Shown here: one piece after another, positions 1 through 9,351 of the stretch
Numbering within the stretch: position 1 is the first letter of the stretch
Layout: each line of letters opens with the position of its first letter
DNA from: Planctomycetota bacterium
Lineage (GTDB): Bacteria > Planctomycetota > SZUA-567 > H5-PLA8
DNA: 64,000 nt
Reading direction: 5' to 3'
Assembly: GCA_038227875.1 (NCBI GenBank)
Contig: JBBRPR010000009.1
Span: 143,331 to 207,330, forward strand
Notes under the pieces: generated by a model
The model's input: the letters and a program-made list of their open reading frames with translations, nothing else
Told to the model about the DNA's origin: nothing
The model's database searches: none
Translations under genes and position numbers: made by a program

Positions 1-131
1 CGGAGCACGCGGAGCGCGAAGGCGTAAAGTTCGTCCTGGTATCGAGCAAAGAATTCGGACAGCGCCGCGGGATCCTGCCGCTCGGCGTAGGTGCGCAGCA
101 GCTGGCGCTCGTCTTGGGAGTTTATGGGCAT
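1..131 (-). CDS. ECF sigma-70 factor, N-terminal part (runs off window)
   Basis: Manual translation from ATG at 131: MPINSQDERQLLRTYAERQDPAALSEFFARYQDELYAFALRVL, typical start of ECF sigma region 2. Confidence 0.7.
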   Translation of the reverse strand, partial: MPINSQDERQLLRTYAERQDPAALSEFFARYQDELYAFALRVL

Positions 132-361
132 GGAACGCACTCTTTTCCTGACCGGCACCCTGGTCCCTGTCCTGAACCTGCCCGCTTTCACTGCACTGGA
201 TACCGCAGGCGGTACCCCGATTACAAGAATCCGAATTTTTTAAACGGTAATGAACGTTGAAATTATCCCAGCATATATTGAGCCCAGTCCATCCTACTAA
301 GGATGTGTAAAAAGAAGTGCAGAAACTTTAACTCCCGCCGTCTGTCTAAGTAAGGGTGCGC

Positions 362-823
362 ATGTTAAAGAAAGCGTCGGTCGACGACCTCAAATCGGGT
401 GCAATAACGCGAGCCACAAGTTACATAGTGATTACGATGTGCCACTACCCGCGGGGTATACGTAAGGAGTTGTCGGACGAGTACGTCAAAGCCCTCGCCC
501 CGGACCCAGGCCTGCTCAAAGACTTCCAGAGCGAGAAAAAGCGGCGGGAGGGCAGTCACAATGCCGCATTTGCCTGCGTCCACTATGAACAGCGGTTTAA
601 GCTGGAGCCGGAAGGAATCGCCGAGCTGCGCCGCCTGGCGGGGCTGAGCGGCGAAAGGGATGTCACCTTTGTCTGCCAGTGCGCGGCGGATGAACGCTGT
701 CACCGGGAATTATTACTCATTCTCGCGCGACAATGGTATGGGGCGAAGACGGAGATTCGCCGGTTTTCGTACCCGCTCTTTGAACGCCGCATTCCTGAGA
801 AAGAAGGCCCGCTCAAGTCCTAA
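362..823 (+). CDS. DUF488 (YeaO-like) family protein
   Basis: YPRGIRKE...LAP motif and C-terminal CxC...CHR motif. Confidence 0.7.
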   Translation: MLKKASVDDLKSGAITRATSYIVITMCHYPRGIRKELSDEYVKALAPDPGLLKDFQSEKKRREGSHNAAFACVHYEQRFKLEPEGIAELRRLAGLSGERDVTFVCQCAADERCHRELLLILARQWYGAKTEIRRFSYPLFERRIPEKEGPLKS

Positions 824-900
824 GATCGACCTCATTTTAAAGTAGTAAAAGCGTCTACCCACCGGCGCGATCCCGTTGTAAGATTCATTCGGGCTTGAAC

Positions 901-3177
901 ATGAAAGGAATAGCGCCCTTGCCAACCCGCACCGACATCCACCCGCTGCACCCGCTCTTTCGCAGGACCGCCGTGATGCTTCTGGCGGTATTCAGTCTCA
1001 CCTTTCATTTTCGAACCAACGCGGCGGAGAAGCTCAAGCCTGAGCATGTGGCGATCCTGGTGCCGCAGATTCTCGAGATCCACGTCAAGCAGCACACCAT
1101 GGATCCGGCGTTCATGCGCCGCCTGATGAAGGAATACGTCGAGCAGCTCGATCCGGGCCGCAGCTTCTTTTTGAAATCCGAATACGACGCCGTGTTGACG
1201 CTCACCGACGACGAATGCAACACGCTGGCTCAGCGCGCCACCGACGGCGACTTGGGACAGTTCAAAACGATCCTCAAGAACTTCCTCGACAAGCAGATCG
1301 CGCGCGACACGGAGATGTACGCCTCGCTGGACAAGCGCGCCGATGAAATCCGCCAGAAGGCCAAGGACCGTTTGAAGGCCCGCACCGACAAGGCCGACGC
1401 GACCAAGCCTGACACCGCGATCAAGCCCGACACCGCCGTGAAGCCCACCAAGCCCGACGAAACGGTGACCAAGGACAAGGACAGCGAGGACGATTACATC
1501 GATCCCGACGGCATCATCTGGAAGGACCGCCCGGCGACCAACGAGGAACGCGAAAAGCGTCTGATCATCTCCACCGCGTCGCTCTACTCCCTGAACAAGG
1601 AGTACCTCAAGGACGACGAAGCGATGAAGCTCGCCATCCAGGCAATTCAGCGCAACCGCGAAAAGTGGCAGAAGACGGTCGTCGACGACGACGTCGCCAA
1701 GATTTTCCTGAAGAGCTTCATGATGGCGCTGGACCCGCATTCCGATTACCTGGAAGGCGACGACGAAGAAGATTTCACCTCGCACATGGAACGCAGCTTC
1801 GCGGGAATCGGCGTGCAGATTCGCCCGTGCCCGCTGGGCGCGCATATCGAAGATGTGATCAAGGGCGGACCCTCGGACAAGAGCGGCAAGTTCGCGCGCG
1901 GCGACCAGATCGTAGCCGTCGACAACGTGGTGCTGGCCGGCATGACCATCAACAAGATCGTCAAGCTGATCAAGGGCGAGAAGGGCACCGACGTGAAGTT
2001 GACGGTGCTGAAGCGCGACACCAGCAAGACCGATGTCATCACCATCAAGCGCGACACGATTGAACTGGCCGACATGCGCGTGAAGGGCAAGACCATCGAT
2101 TCTCCGGACGGCCCGGTGGGCTTGATCTCCGTGCAGGCGTTCTACCAGGGCGTGCACAACGACGTCCGCGACCGCCTCAATGAAATCAGCAAGGGCAAGG
2201 CGCTCTCCGGCGTGGTGCTGGACCTGCGCAACAACACCGGCGGGTACCTCGACGAAGCGATCGGACTGGCGAGCCTGTTCATCGAATCCGGCGCGGTGGT
2301 CGGCGAACGCAACGGCCGCAACAAGATCCAGTGGCAGGACGATCCGGACGAGAAGATCGAATTCCGCGGCCCGCTGGTCATCCTGACCAACCAGTTCTCG
2401 GCCAGCGCATCGGAAATCGTGACGGGCACGCTGAAAGCCTACGGCCGCGCGGTGGTCGTCTCACACACGCAGACGTTCGGCAAGGGCACCGTTCAGAAGG
2501 TTCTGCCGCTCAATTCGCACGGCCTGCCGGGCGAAATCAAGGTTACGACCGATCAGTACTTTCTGGCCAATGGTTCGTCGGTGCAGTTGAAGGGCGTTGA
2601 TCCGGACGTGATCATTCCCGGCCCGAAGCTGCTCAACGAAGACGGCTACCTGGAAGCCGCGACGCCCAACGCGATCGCATGGAACCAGATTCCCGGCCGC
2701 CTCGACAACGCCAAGCCCGAAGTGAAGATGTGGATGGAGTGGAAGAACAAGAACATGAAGTCGCTGCAGGGTCGTTCCAAGCAGCGCATCGACGCCAACC
2801 CGGAATTCGCGAACCTCTTCGACTTGAAGAAGCGCAAGGAAAAGGAAAAGGCGAACCCCGAGAAGGACAAGCCCGACAATCCTGACGCTCCGCCGGCGCT
2901 TGACGAGAAGAAGAAGGACGAGAAGGATCCGCAGGCCGACGAAGCCGTGGCGATTGTGCGCGACATGATCAGCACGTGGCCGTTGAACGACGGACAAGCC
3001 GTGGCCGAAATGCCGCCGCCTCCGCCGGTTGTCGCTCCGTCCGTCGCTGCCGACACCGAGCTGCAGGCGCAGATCGAAAAGTTGAAGGAAGAGAACAAAC
3101 AACTGCGCGAAGAGAACGAGAAGCTGCGCAAAGGCGTGACCCAGTCCAAGCCCGTGAAAGACGAAATCACCAAGTAG
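901..3177 (+). CDS. prc: Tail-specific / C-terminal processing protease, peptidase S41 with PDZ domain
   Basis: LDPHSDY, PDZ GIGV, DLRNNTGG, SASASEI (catalytic Ser), TFGKG (catalytic Lys); hydrophobic N-terminus; start uncertain. Confidence 0.9.
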   Translation: MKGIAPLPTRTDIHPLHPLFRRTAVMLLAVFSLTFHFRTNAAEKLKPEHVAILVPQILEIHVKQHTMDPAFMRRLMKEYVEQLDPGRSFFLKSEYDAVLTLTDDECNTLAQRATDGDLGQFKTILKNFLDKQIARDTEMYASLDKRADEIRQKAKDRLKARTDKADATKPDTAIKPDTAVKPTKPDETVTKDKDSEDDYIDPDGIIWKDRPATNEEREKRLIISTASLYSLNKEYLKDDEAMKLAIQAIQRNREKWQKTVVDDDVAKIFLKSFMMALDPHSDYLEGDDEEDFTSHMERSFAGIGVQIRPCPLGAHIEDVIKGGPSDKSGKFARGDQIVAVDNVVLAGMTINKIVKLIKGEKGTDVKLTVLKRDTSKTDVITIKRDTIELADMRVKGKTIDSPDGPVGLISVQAFYQGVHNDVRDRLNEISKGKALSGVVLDLRNNTGGYLDEAIGLASLFIESGAVVGERNGRNKIQWQDDPDEKIEFRGPLVILTNQFSASASEIVTGTLKAYGRAVVVSHTQTFGKGTVQKVLPLNSHGLPGEIKVTTDQYFLANGSSVQLKGVDPDVIIPGPKLLNEDGYLEAATPNAIAWNQIPGRLDNAKPEVKMWMEWKNKNMKSLQGRSKQRIDANPEFANLFDLKKRKEKEKANPEKDKPDNPDAPPALDEKKKDEKDPQADEAVAIVRDMISTWPLNDGQAVAEMPPPPPVVAPSVAADTELQAQIEKLKEENKQLREENEKLRKGVTQSKPVKDEITK

Positions 3178-3236
3178 CGCGCTAAAGCGCGAGGGGCCAG
3201 GGCCAGGGGTCAGAAAAGAGCGAGTGATTTGAGATG

Positions 3237-3271
3237 CAGGCGCGACCAGAAATGGTCGCGCCTGTTTTTTT
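3237..3271 (+). terminator. Intrinsic terminator after S41 protease
   Basis: CAGGCGCGACCA-gaaa-TGGTCGCGCCTG followed by T7. Confidence 0.85.
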
Positions 3272-3370
3272 GATCGGGGACCATATGGACTGTAGTCCCT
3301 AAGTAAAAACTACCACACAACTCGCCGTTCTTTGCGACTTAGCGGCTTTGCGTGAGATTAAGACGAAGTA

Positions 3371-4039
3371 TTAGCCGCTCACGTCCGCGTTGGGCGGCTC
3401 GGTTTTCCAGAGCTCCACGCTGACGCCCTCGGGGCTGGGCGTAAAGCGGTAGATCTTGTCGGCGTACTTTTCGAAGACCGTGTGTTCGTGATGGCTGATC
3501 ATGATCACCTGGAAGCCCAGCTCGCGTCCGGCGCGGTGGACGATGTTCACCAGGCGCGGGACGAGGTCCGGGCGCAGCCAGCAGTCCTGTTCGTCGAGCA
3601 CCAGAAACGGGCGGTGTGTTTTGGGATCCAGCGTCGCCAGCGCGTACATGCGCAGACCGACGGAAAGCACATTGGCGACCGAACCGCCCTGGCCGCGGAT
3701 GATGTCCTCCTCGCAACCGTCGCGGACGACGGTGAACTCAATCGCAGCAGCTTTATTCTTGATCGTCTGCGTGACTTTCACCGCGATGGGCTGGTCGAGG
3801 ACTTCGACCAGCGCCTGCGTCAGATTGCGTTCCAGCAATTGGCTGATGTGCTGAAAGAGCTCGCTGCTGAGTTGCTCCAGCGCTTCGCTGACCTGCGTCG
3901 ACATCGCCAGGTACGCGCTGACGCGTTCGAACTCGGCGCTGATGCGCGTTTTCTGCGCGGCGCTGGTTTCGTGCAGCACGGTGAGGCGATCGAGCCGGCG
4001 CGCAAGCGCTGCGGGTGAGCGCAGATCGGGCGGCGGCAT
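3371..4039 (-). CDS. C-terminal half of Rad50/SbcC-like ABC ATPase (coiled coil, signature-like motif, Walker B, H-loop; no Walker A)
   Basis: GQGGSVANVLSVGLR, FLVLDEQD, MISHH; TGATG coupling with upstream ORF. Confidence 0.8.
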   Translation of the reverse strand: MPPPDLRSPAALARRLDRLTVLHETSAAQKTRISAEFERVSAYLAMSTQVSEALEQLSSELFQHISQLLERNLTQALVEVLDQPIAVKVTQTIKNKAAAIEFTVVRDGCEEDIIRGQGGSVANVLSVGLRMYALATLDPKTHRPFLVLDEQDCWLRPDLVPRLVNIVHRAGRELGFQVIMISHHEHTVFEKYADKIYRFTPSPEGVSVELWKTEPPNADVSG

Positions 4040-4374
4040 CAGGCGCGGCGTCCTTCAGCAGGGATGCTGCCGCCGTGCGCGGCGCGGTGGGATTCTTCGA
4101 CGCTGGCCAGTTGCGTCTCGATCCCGTCGAGGTGCTTCTGATAGTCGGCGCGCAGGCGCTCGTTGTTGGCGATCATGTCTTTGAGCTTCTTCTGCAGCTC
4201 GGCGAGATCGTCGGTCTGGTATTCGTCGCGCGCTTTCTTGCGCAGCTTTTCGAGAGCTTCCTCGGCGGACTTGCGGTTGGTCTCCGCGGCGATGCGCTTT
4301 TCGTTCAGCGCTTCGAAGCGCTTGCGCAACTGCTCGATATTTTCCTGCGCCGCGTCACTTTTCAACTTTGCCAT
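4039..4374 (-). CDS. Small coiled-coil protein in SbcCD-like operon
   Basis: 111 aa, heptad-rich helical sequence; overlaps both neighbours. Confidence 0.75.
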   Translation of the reverse strand: MAKLKSDAAQENIEQLRKRFEALNEKRIAAETNRKSAEEALEKLRKKARDEYQTDDLAELQKKLKDMIANNERLRADYQKHLDGIETQLASVEESHRAAHGGSIPAEGRRA

Positions 4375-5323
4375 CGGGCACGACCTCCTTCGCCAGCTCC
4401 AGAATTTCTTCCTGCACCGCCGCGGGGTAACGGTCGATGTTCTTCTTTAAAAACGAGGTCAAGCCGCCGCCGCCCTGCGTGCGCAGCGTCCGCAGCTCGT
4501 TCAAGCCGGAGACGAAGAGCGAACGTTCGGTGTCGGCCGCCGCGGTCTTGGCGGCGCCAGCGTGAAACACCTTGGCAAATTTTTCGTGCGGCACTTCGAC
4601 GATCTCGCTGCGCCAGCCGTGCGTGTCGATGTCGACGCGGAGCACCGCGGGGACGCGCTCCTTGTTGCCGTCGCTGAATTTCACGCGCGCGATGTTGCCG
4701 GGATTCATCCACGTGGTCACGCCCTGTACCACCGCGGGCGCGGGCGTGTGGATGTGGCCGTTGACCAGCAGCGTGACGCCAGGAATCTCCGTCGCGTTGA
4801 AGCGCCCGCTCGATTCGTAGCCGGCGAAGCGGATGTCGTGGTGCGCCATCCAGAAAACCAGCGGCCGATCCTGGACCAGGAATTCTTCGGGCATCTCGAA
4901 CGCCTCGGGAATGCGCTGCCCCCAGGAGGTGCCGCCGATGATCACCAGCCGCGACCCCATCCAGCCGCGCCACGGACGGTCGAAGTCGACGATGCGCAGC
5001 CGTCGCGCGCGAACCACGATCTGCAGCGTGTCGTCGTCGCTGAGTTCATTGGTGGCGCAGTCGTGATTGCCGTAGATGCAGAGGACCTCGCCGTCGAGTA
5101 TCGCCATCAGTTCGGCCAGCAGCCAGTTGGCATTGTCGCGCGGCCAGTGGAAGACGTCGCCGAGGATCGCGGGGATCAGCTTGTTCTCCTTGGCGTACTT
5201 CAGGCACCACTGCAGCTTCTTCAAAATTGCGCGCGGATAGTCGTCGGAACGGAATCCCGGCACGCGGCTGGCGAGATGCGGGTCGCCGATGAAGAGGATG
5301 CCTTTGTAGATTTCATTTGGCAT
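4355..5323 (-). CDS. Mre11/SbcD-like calcineurin-type metallophosphoesterase (nuclease)
   Basis: GDPH, GDVFH, GNHD, HHD, GHIH, NPG motifs. Confidence 0.85.
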   Translation of the reverse strand: MPNEIYKGILFIGDPHLASRVPGFRSDDYPRAILKKLQWCLKYAKENKLIPAILGDVFHWPRDNANWLLAELMAILDGEVLCIYGNHDCATNELSDDDTLQIVVRARRLRIVDFDRPWRGWMGSRLVIIGGTSWGQRIPEAFEMPEEFLVQDRPLVFWMAHHDIRFAGYESSGRFNATEIPGVTLLVNGHIHTPAPAVVQGVTTWMNPGNIARVKFSDGNKERVPAVLRVDIDTHGWRSEIVEVPHEKFAKVFHAGAAKTAAADTERSLFVSGLNELRTLRTQGGGGLTSFLKKNIDRYPAAVQEEILELAKEVVPDGKVEK

Positions 5324-6662
5324 GGGTGTGCTCCCGCCGCGAGAGCAGCGACTCAGCGTCCACCGCGCCGCCGCAGGTCGGGCACGTCGGATTGCTCGAC
5401 GCCCACGCGCGGATTTCGTTCATCACGCCTTGGCGCTCGGCCTCGAGATCCTTCGCTTCCTGAGCCGCGTCCCTGGCGCGGGCTTCCAACTGCGCGCGGC
5501 TCTCGAGCAGCTCAACCAGCGCGCGAGTTTCCTGCTCGGCTGGCAAGACGCGGAGCACTTTCAACACATCGCGGGCCTGGACATGAGCCGCGAAACGGCG
5601 CTGCGCGGCCTCGAGTTCCTCGGTCAGGTGCGCGAGCTTCGCCGCATCGCCGAATTCCGGCGGCTCGTCGAGAATGGAAAGCTGTTCCGCGCGCCCCGCG
5701 TTGACGGCGTGCGCGCGTTCCTGCTCCTCCAGATGCTGGCAGAGCCACGCCAGAGCCGCGGCATCGCCGAGCCGCGGCGGCGGGGTGATCGCGCGCAACG
5801 CCTGCGACTGCGCCGTCCATGTGTCGCGCGCGTCGTGGTAATGCGCGAGGGATTCCAGCACCACCGTCAGTGCGCCGGTATCCGGCAGAGGGGGCGGGGG
5901 AGTCAGCGCGCGGATCAGCTCGACGGCAGACTGGCAGCGGCCATGGATTTCCGACTGTGTCTCCAGGTGTTCGACCAACTGCCTCAACTTTTCCGTCTCG
6001 CGTTCAGCGGAGACGATCGTCTCGTAAGCGCGCTCGGCCTCCGCGATCGATTTGTTCAGCTCCGCGACCGGATCGAGCGCCGCGAGCAGCGCGTCGGCGG
6101 CATGGAGCTCCCGTTCCAGGCGCGTCTTTTCGCGGGAGGCTTCCATGACCTTGGTGCGGTGGCGCTTCTGCATTTCGACCAGCAGCGCCGCGTCGGAGGC
6201 CGACGCGAAAAACAGCGCCGCGCGGCTGGGCGGTTCATCGAGCAGAAAGATCGGCGCTTTCTGCGTCGCGAAGTGGATGTCGAAGGCTTCGCGGCGTTCG
6301 GCGGCGTCCGGCGCGTCGGTGGGGATGACCTTGGGCAGGCGCAGCACGTCCTGGATCTGCTCCAGGATGTCCTTTTTGACCCGATGGACGGGTTCGCCGT
6401 CGAGTACGTAGCCCGGCACGCCTTTTTTCCGGAACCATTCGATGGTGTGGCCGTCGTCGGTTTCGACGATGACCTGGCAGTCCTTCTCGTTGTGGCGGAC
6501 CATGTAGCTGCCCTTTTCGTTGCCGCAAAGGGTTTGGAGCGCGCTGACGACCGCCGATTTGCCGCAGTTATTGGGGCCGATCAAGACGGTGAGGCCCGCC
6601 GCCGGTTCGATAACGGTGAGCGCGTGGGACATGTAATTTTTAAGCGTGATTTTTTTCAGCAT
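5313..6662 (-). CDS. N-terminal half of Rad50/SbcC-like ATPase (Walker A, helical arm, terminal CPTC zinc hook)
   Basis: ITLKNYMSH start, GPNNCGKS Walker A, FATQ Q-loop-like motif, CPTCGG near the C-terminus. Confidence 0.85.
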   Translation of the reverse strand: MLKKITLKNYMSHALTVIEPAAGLTVLIGPNNCGKSAVVSALQTLCGNEKGSYMVRHNEKDCQVIVETDDGHTIEWFRKKGVPGYVLDGEPVHRVKKDILEQIQDVLRLPKVIPTDAPDAAERREAFDIHFATQKAPIFLLDEPPSRAALFFASASDAALLVEMQKRHRTKVMEASREKTRLERELHAADALLAALDPVAELNKSIAEAERAYETIVSAERETEKLRQLVEHLETQSEIHGRCQSAVELIRALTPPPPLPDTGALTVVLESLAHYHDARDTWTAQSQALRAITPPPRLGDAAALAWLCQHLEEQERAHAVNAGRAEQLSILDEPPEFGDAAKLAHLTEELEAAQRRFAAHVQARDVLKVLRVLPAEQETRALVELLESRAQLEARARDAAQEAKDLEAERQGVMNEIRAWASSNPTCPTCGGAVDAESLLSRREHTHAK

Positions 6663-6708
6663 GACCGCGTTGAACTATAACGCGTTTCGCGGAGCCGTAC
6701 AGCGGCGG

Positions 6709-8229
6709 CTATCCCGTCGACCGCCGTCTCATGAATTTTCGAGCGGTGAGAATCAGAACGATCGCGAGGACCACGACTGCCGCCGTGGGATAGAAGTGCA
6801 GGTTCATACCGGGCGTGGTCGTGATCGTGAGCGTTCCATTGGACAGGGTCGTAGTCGAGACACGCGCGGCGGATGGCGACATCAACAACCAGGCGAAGCC
6901 CAATCCCACGGGCACCAGCGCGAGTGGCAACGCGAGCACAAATGCCGCAATCGCCAGTGGCGAGTAGCCGCCCCGCGCAGTCTTTGCGTCGCGCCAGGTC
7001 ACGGCCGGCGCGGTGGCCTGCGCCAGCGTTGATTCGGGCGCGGGCTCGAAGACCCGCACGCCGTTGGGACCCACCTCAATGCGGCGGCCGTTCTTCAACT
7101 GAAAACACGCCGCCAATCGCGATACGCGTTCACGTTCGGGCGAAGCTTCCGGAGCCGCGGTGATCGATGGCGTGGCGCTCGGAACTTTGCTCGGAAACGG
7201 AATCGCGGGCGCGGCAGCAGGTTGGGCAGCGGGCGCGGCCACAGCTTCGTGCTTTGACGAATACGTCGACGCGATGCCCTCCACGTCCTTCGACAGCATC
7301 CGCGCGCGCTGGTAGCGCATGTCGGGTTCCTTCTCGAGCGATTTAAGGATGACTTCGTCGAGGCGCACGTCGACTTCGACCCGCTTCGACGGCACCTGAA
7401 AACGCCCGATCGGCAGTTCGCCGGTGAGCATTTCGTAGAAGATCACGCCCAGCGAGAAAATATCGGCGCGGTGATCGACGGTCTTGGCGCGTTCGCGCTG
7501 TTCGGGCGCCATGTATTCCGGTGTGCCCATCAGCACGTGGGTGTGAGTCAGACGTTGTTCGGGCAGCGACATCTCGCCGTGGATCATCCGCGCGAGACCG
7601 AAGTCGGTGATCTTCACGTGTCCGTCGGTGGTGAGCAGAATGTTTTCCGGCTTGATGTCGCGGTGGACCAGGCCTTTGCCGTGCGCGTATTCCAGCGCGG
7701 CGCAGATCTGCGGCACGATTGCCAGCGCCTGTTCGGGCTTGAGCTTGCCGTCCAGCTGCAGGCGGCGCAGGCTGACGCCTTCGACGTATTCCATTACCAG
7801 GTAGAATGTGTCGCCGGAGATGCCGCGGTCGATGATTTGAACGATATTATGGTGGTTGAGCGTCGCCAGCGCGAGGGCTTCGCGTTCGAAGCGCGTGCGG
7901 AATTTGGAGTCGGCGGCCAGGCGCTTGGGCAGTACTTTAACCGCGACTTTCCGCTCGAGCGATTTCTGGACGCCCAGGTAGACGACGCCCATCCCGCCGC
8001 GCCCGATTTCCGATTCAATCAGGTAGCCGCCCAGGTCCGCGCCGCGCGCCAACCCCGGCGCTTCGTTGTTCTCGACCGGGGCTTCGCCCGATTGCGAGAC
8101 CGGTTGCGGCACCGTTTCAACGCGCGCGGGTTCAAACTGCCTGGCACAGGCATGGCACGTCAGCACCCCTTCCGATGCCGGATTGCCGGCACCACAGTGA
8201 GGACAATGGAAGGTGTTTGCGTCGCTCAT
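6709..8229 (-). CDS. Hanks-type Ser/Thr protein kinase with N-terminal zinc ribbon and C-terminal TM helices
   Basis: CPHC/CHAC; GRGGMGVVY, VAVK, HRDIKPEN, DFG, GTPEYMAPEQ; two hydrophobic segments. Confidence 0.93.
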   Translation of the reverse strand: MSDANTFHCPHCGAGNPASEGVLTCHACARQFEPARVETVPQPVSQSGEAPVENNEAPGLARGADLGGYLIESEIGRGGMGVVYLGVQKSLERKVAVKVLPKRLAADSKFRTRFEREALALATLNHHNIVQIIDRGISGDTFYLVMEYVEGVSLRRLQLDGKLKPEQALAIVPQICAALEYAHGKGLVHRDIKPENILLTTDGHVKITDFGLARMIHGEMSLPEQRLTHTHVLMGTPEYMAPEQRERAKTVDHRADIFSLGVIFYEMLTGELPIGRFQVPSKRVEVDVRLDEVILKSLEKEPDMRYQRARMLSKDVEGIASTYSSKHEAVAAPAAQPAAAPAIPFPSKVPSATPSITAAPEASPERERVSRLAACFQLKNGRRIEVGPNGVRVFEPAPESTLAQATAPAVTWRDAKTARGGYSPLAIAAFVLALPLALVPVGLGFAWLLMSPSAARVSTTTLSNGTLTITTTPGMNLHFYPTAAVVVLAIVLILTARKFMRRRSTG

Positions 8230-8283
8230 GAAAAACCTGTTCTCGGTGTTGCGCGGAACTCACCCACTTCGATTCAGTACATC

Positions 8284-8919
8284 TTAATCGTCGAGCCCCT
8301 GTTCGCCTACTGATCCGCTGGTCTTCTTCGGCGCAGGATTGGAGTTGGTAGAGGCATTCGTCTTGGGCGGATCCGGTCTCTCCACGGCGCCGAACTCGTC
8401 GGGGTTCTGTTCCCCAACCGAACCGGTCGTGGCCGAGCGCTGCGTGTTGGCTGGAGTCCGCGCACCGTTCGAGGGCGGCGGGGGGATTACAGGCGGAGCG
8501 GTGACGCTGATTATGCCTCCATTAGCACCGTTCCCACCCGAGGCGTTCATGCCGCCAGTGCCACCCGGTCCCGATAGTGTAATTATTGAAGGCGCTGCGG
8601 GCGGGGTACTCGGCGTCACCGTCATGTATACAGCCGGCGGGGAAATCGTGCTCGTTCCGTACGTTGCGCTCGAACCGCTTCTGCCGCCTGCCAGAAAGCC
8701 GAAGAACAGGAGTATCGGCACGATCAGGAGACTCATCGAGCCCAGCAGAATGGCCAGCAGCGCCAGACCGCGTCCCCGTACCGCGCCGCCGGAACGGTCG
8801 ATCTGCCGCAGCGCCATCACGCCGAGAACGATGGGCAGGATGCAGAAAATAAAGATGGCCAATCCGACTCCACCGATGGCCAAAAAAGCGCCGGGAAACA
8901 TGGAATTCGTGGGACTCAT
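8284..8919 (-). CDS. DUF4190-like membrane protein with low-complexity tail
   Basis: LGVMALRQIDRSGGAVRGRGLA motif between TM helices; Pro/Gly/Thr-rich C-terminus. Confidence 0.7.
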   Translation of the reverse strand: MSPTNSMFPGAFLAIGGVGLAIFIFCILPIVLGVMALRQIDRSGGAVRGRGLALLAILLGSMSLLIVPILLFFGFLAGGRSGSSATYGTSTISPPAVYMTVTPSTPPAAPSIITLSGPGGTGGMNASGGNGANGGIISVTAPPVIPPPPSNGARTPANTQRSATTGSVGEQNPDEFGAVERPDPPKTNASTNSNPAPKKTSGSVGEQGLDD

Positions 8920-8940
8920 TTTTCCTCCAGACCTTAAACG

Positions 8941-9333
8941 CTACGCCGTTTCCGTCACCGGTTCAATCGGGATGATGATCCAGGCGAGCACATAAAAGAA
9001 CACGCTGATGCAGGTCAAAATCGCAACCACCGTAATGATGCGCACGAGCGCCGCATCGATGCCGGCATAGCGCGCGAATCCGCCGCAGACGCCGCCCAGC
9101 ACACTGTCGTTTCGCGAGCGGTACAAGCGCTGTTGTTGTGCGAGCGCGCGCTGAGGTGGCTCGAACCGCGTGGGCGCCGCCGGATACGCGGCGGGTATCG
9201 CATCGGCCAGGCACGTCTTGCAGTGGTGCTTGCCGGCCACCGTCACGTCGCATTCCGCACAGACCAGGTTGCCGCATGAAACGCAACCCGCCACCGCCTC
9301 ACGGTCATCATGAATCTTGCAGTTCAACGCCAC
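8941..9333 (-). CDS. B-box-like zinc finger + PspC domain protein
   Basis: CxxH..CxxC..CxxC..CxxC then LYRSRNDSVLGGVCGGFARYAGIDAALVR...YVLAWIIIP (PspC); GTG start after GGAGG. Confidence 0.82.
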   Translation of the reverse strand: MALNCKIHDDREAVAGCVSCGNLVCAECDVTVAGKHHCKTCLADAIPAAYPAAPTRFEPPQRALAQQQRLYRSRNDSVLGGVCGGFARYAGIDAALVRIITVVAILTCISVFFYVLAWIIIPIEPVTETA

Positions 9334-9351
9334 ACCCCTCCGGCACTTCAC

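Noticed and set aside
832..2157. 441-aa minus-strand ORF
   Set aside because: Antisense shadow of the S41 protease; typical of high-GC codon bias, no motifs.
3371..6662. Frameshifted sbcC pseudogene, or Wadjet/MukBEF
   Set aside because: The halves are separated by two intact coupled genes; there is a zinc hook rather than a hinge, and no kleisin/Toprim partner was recognised.
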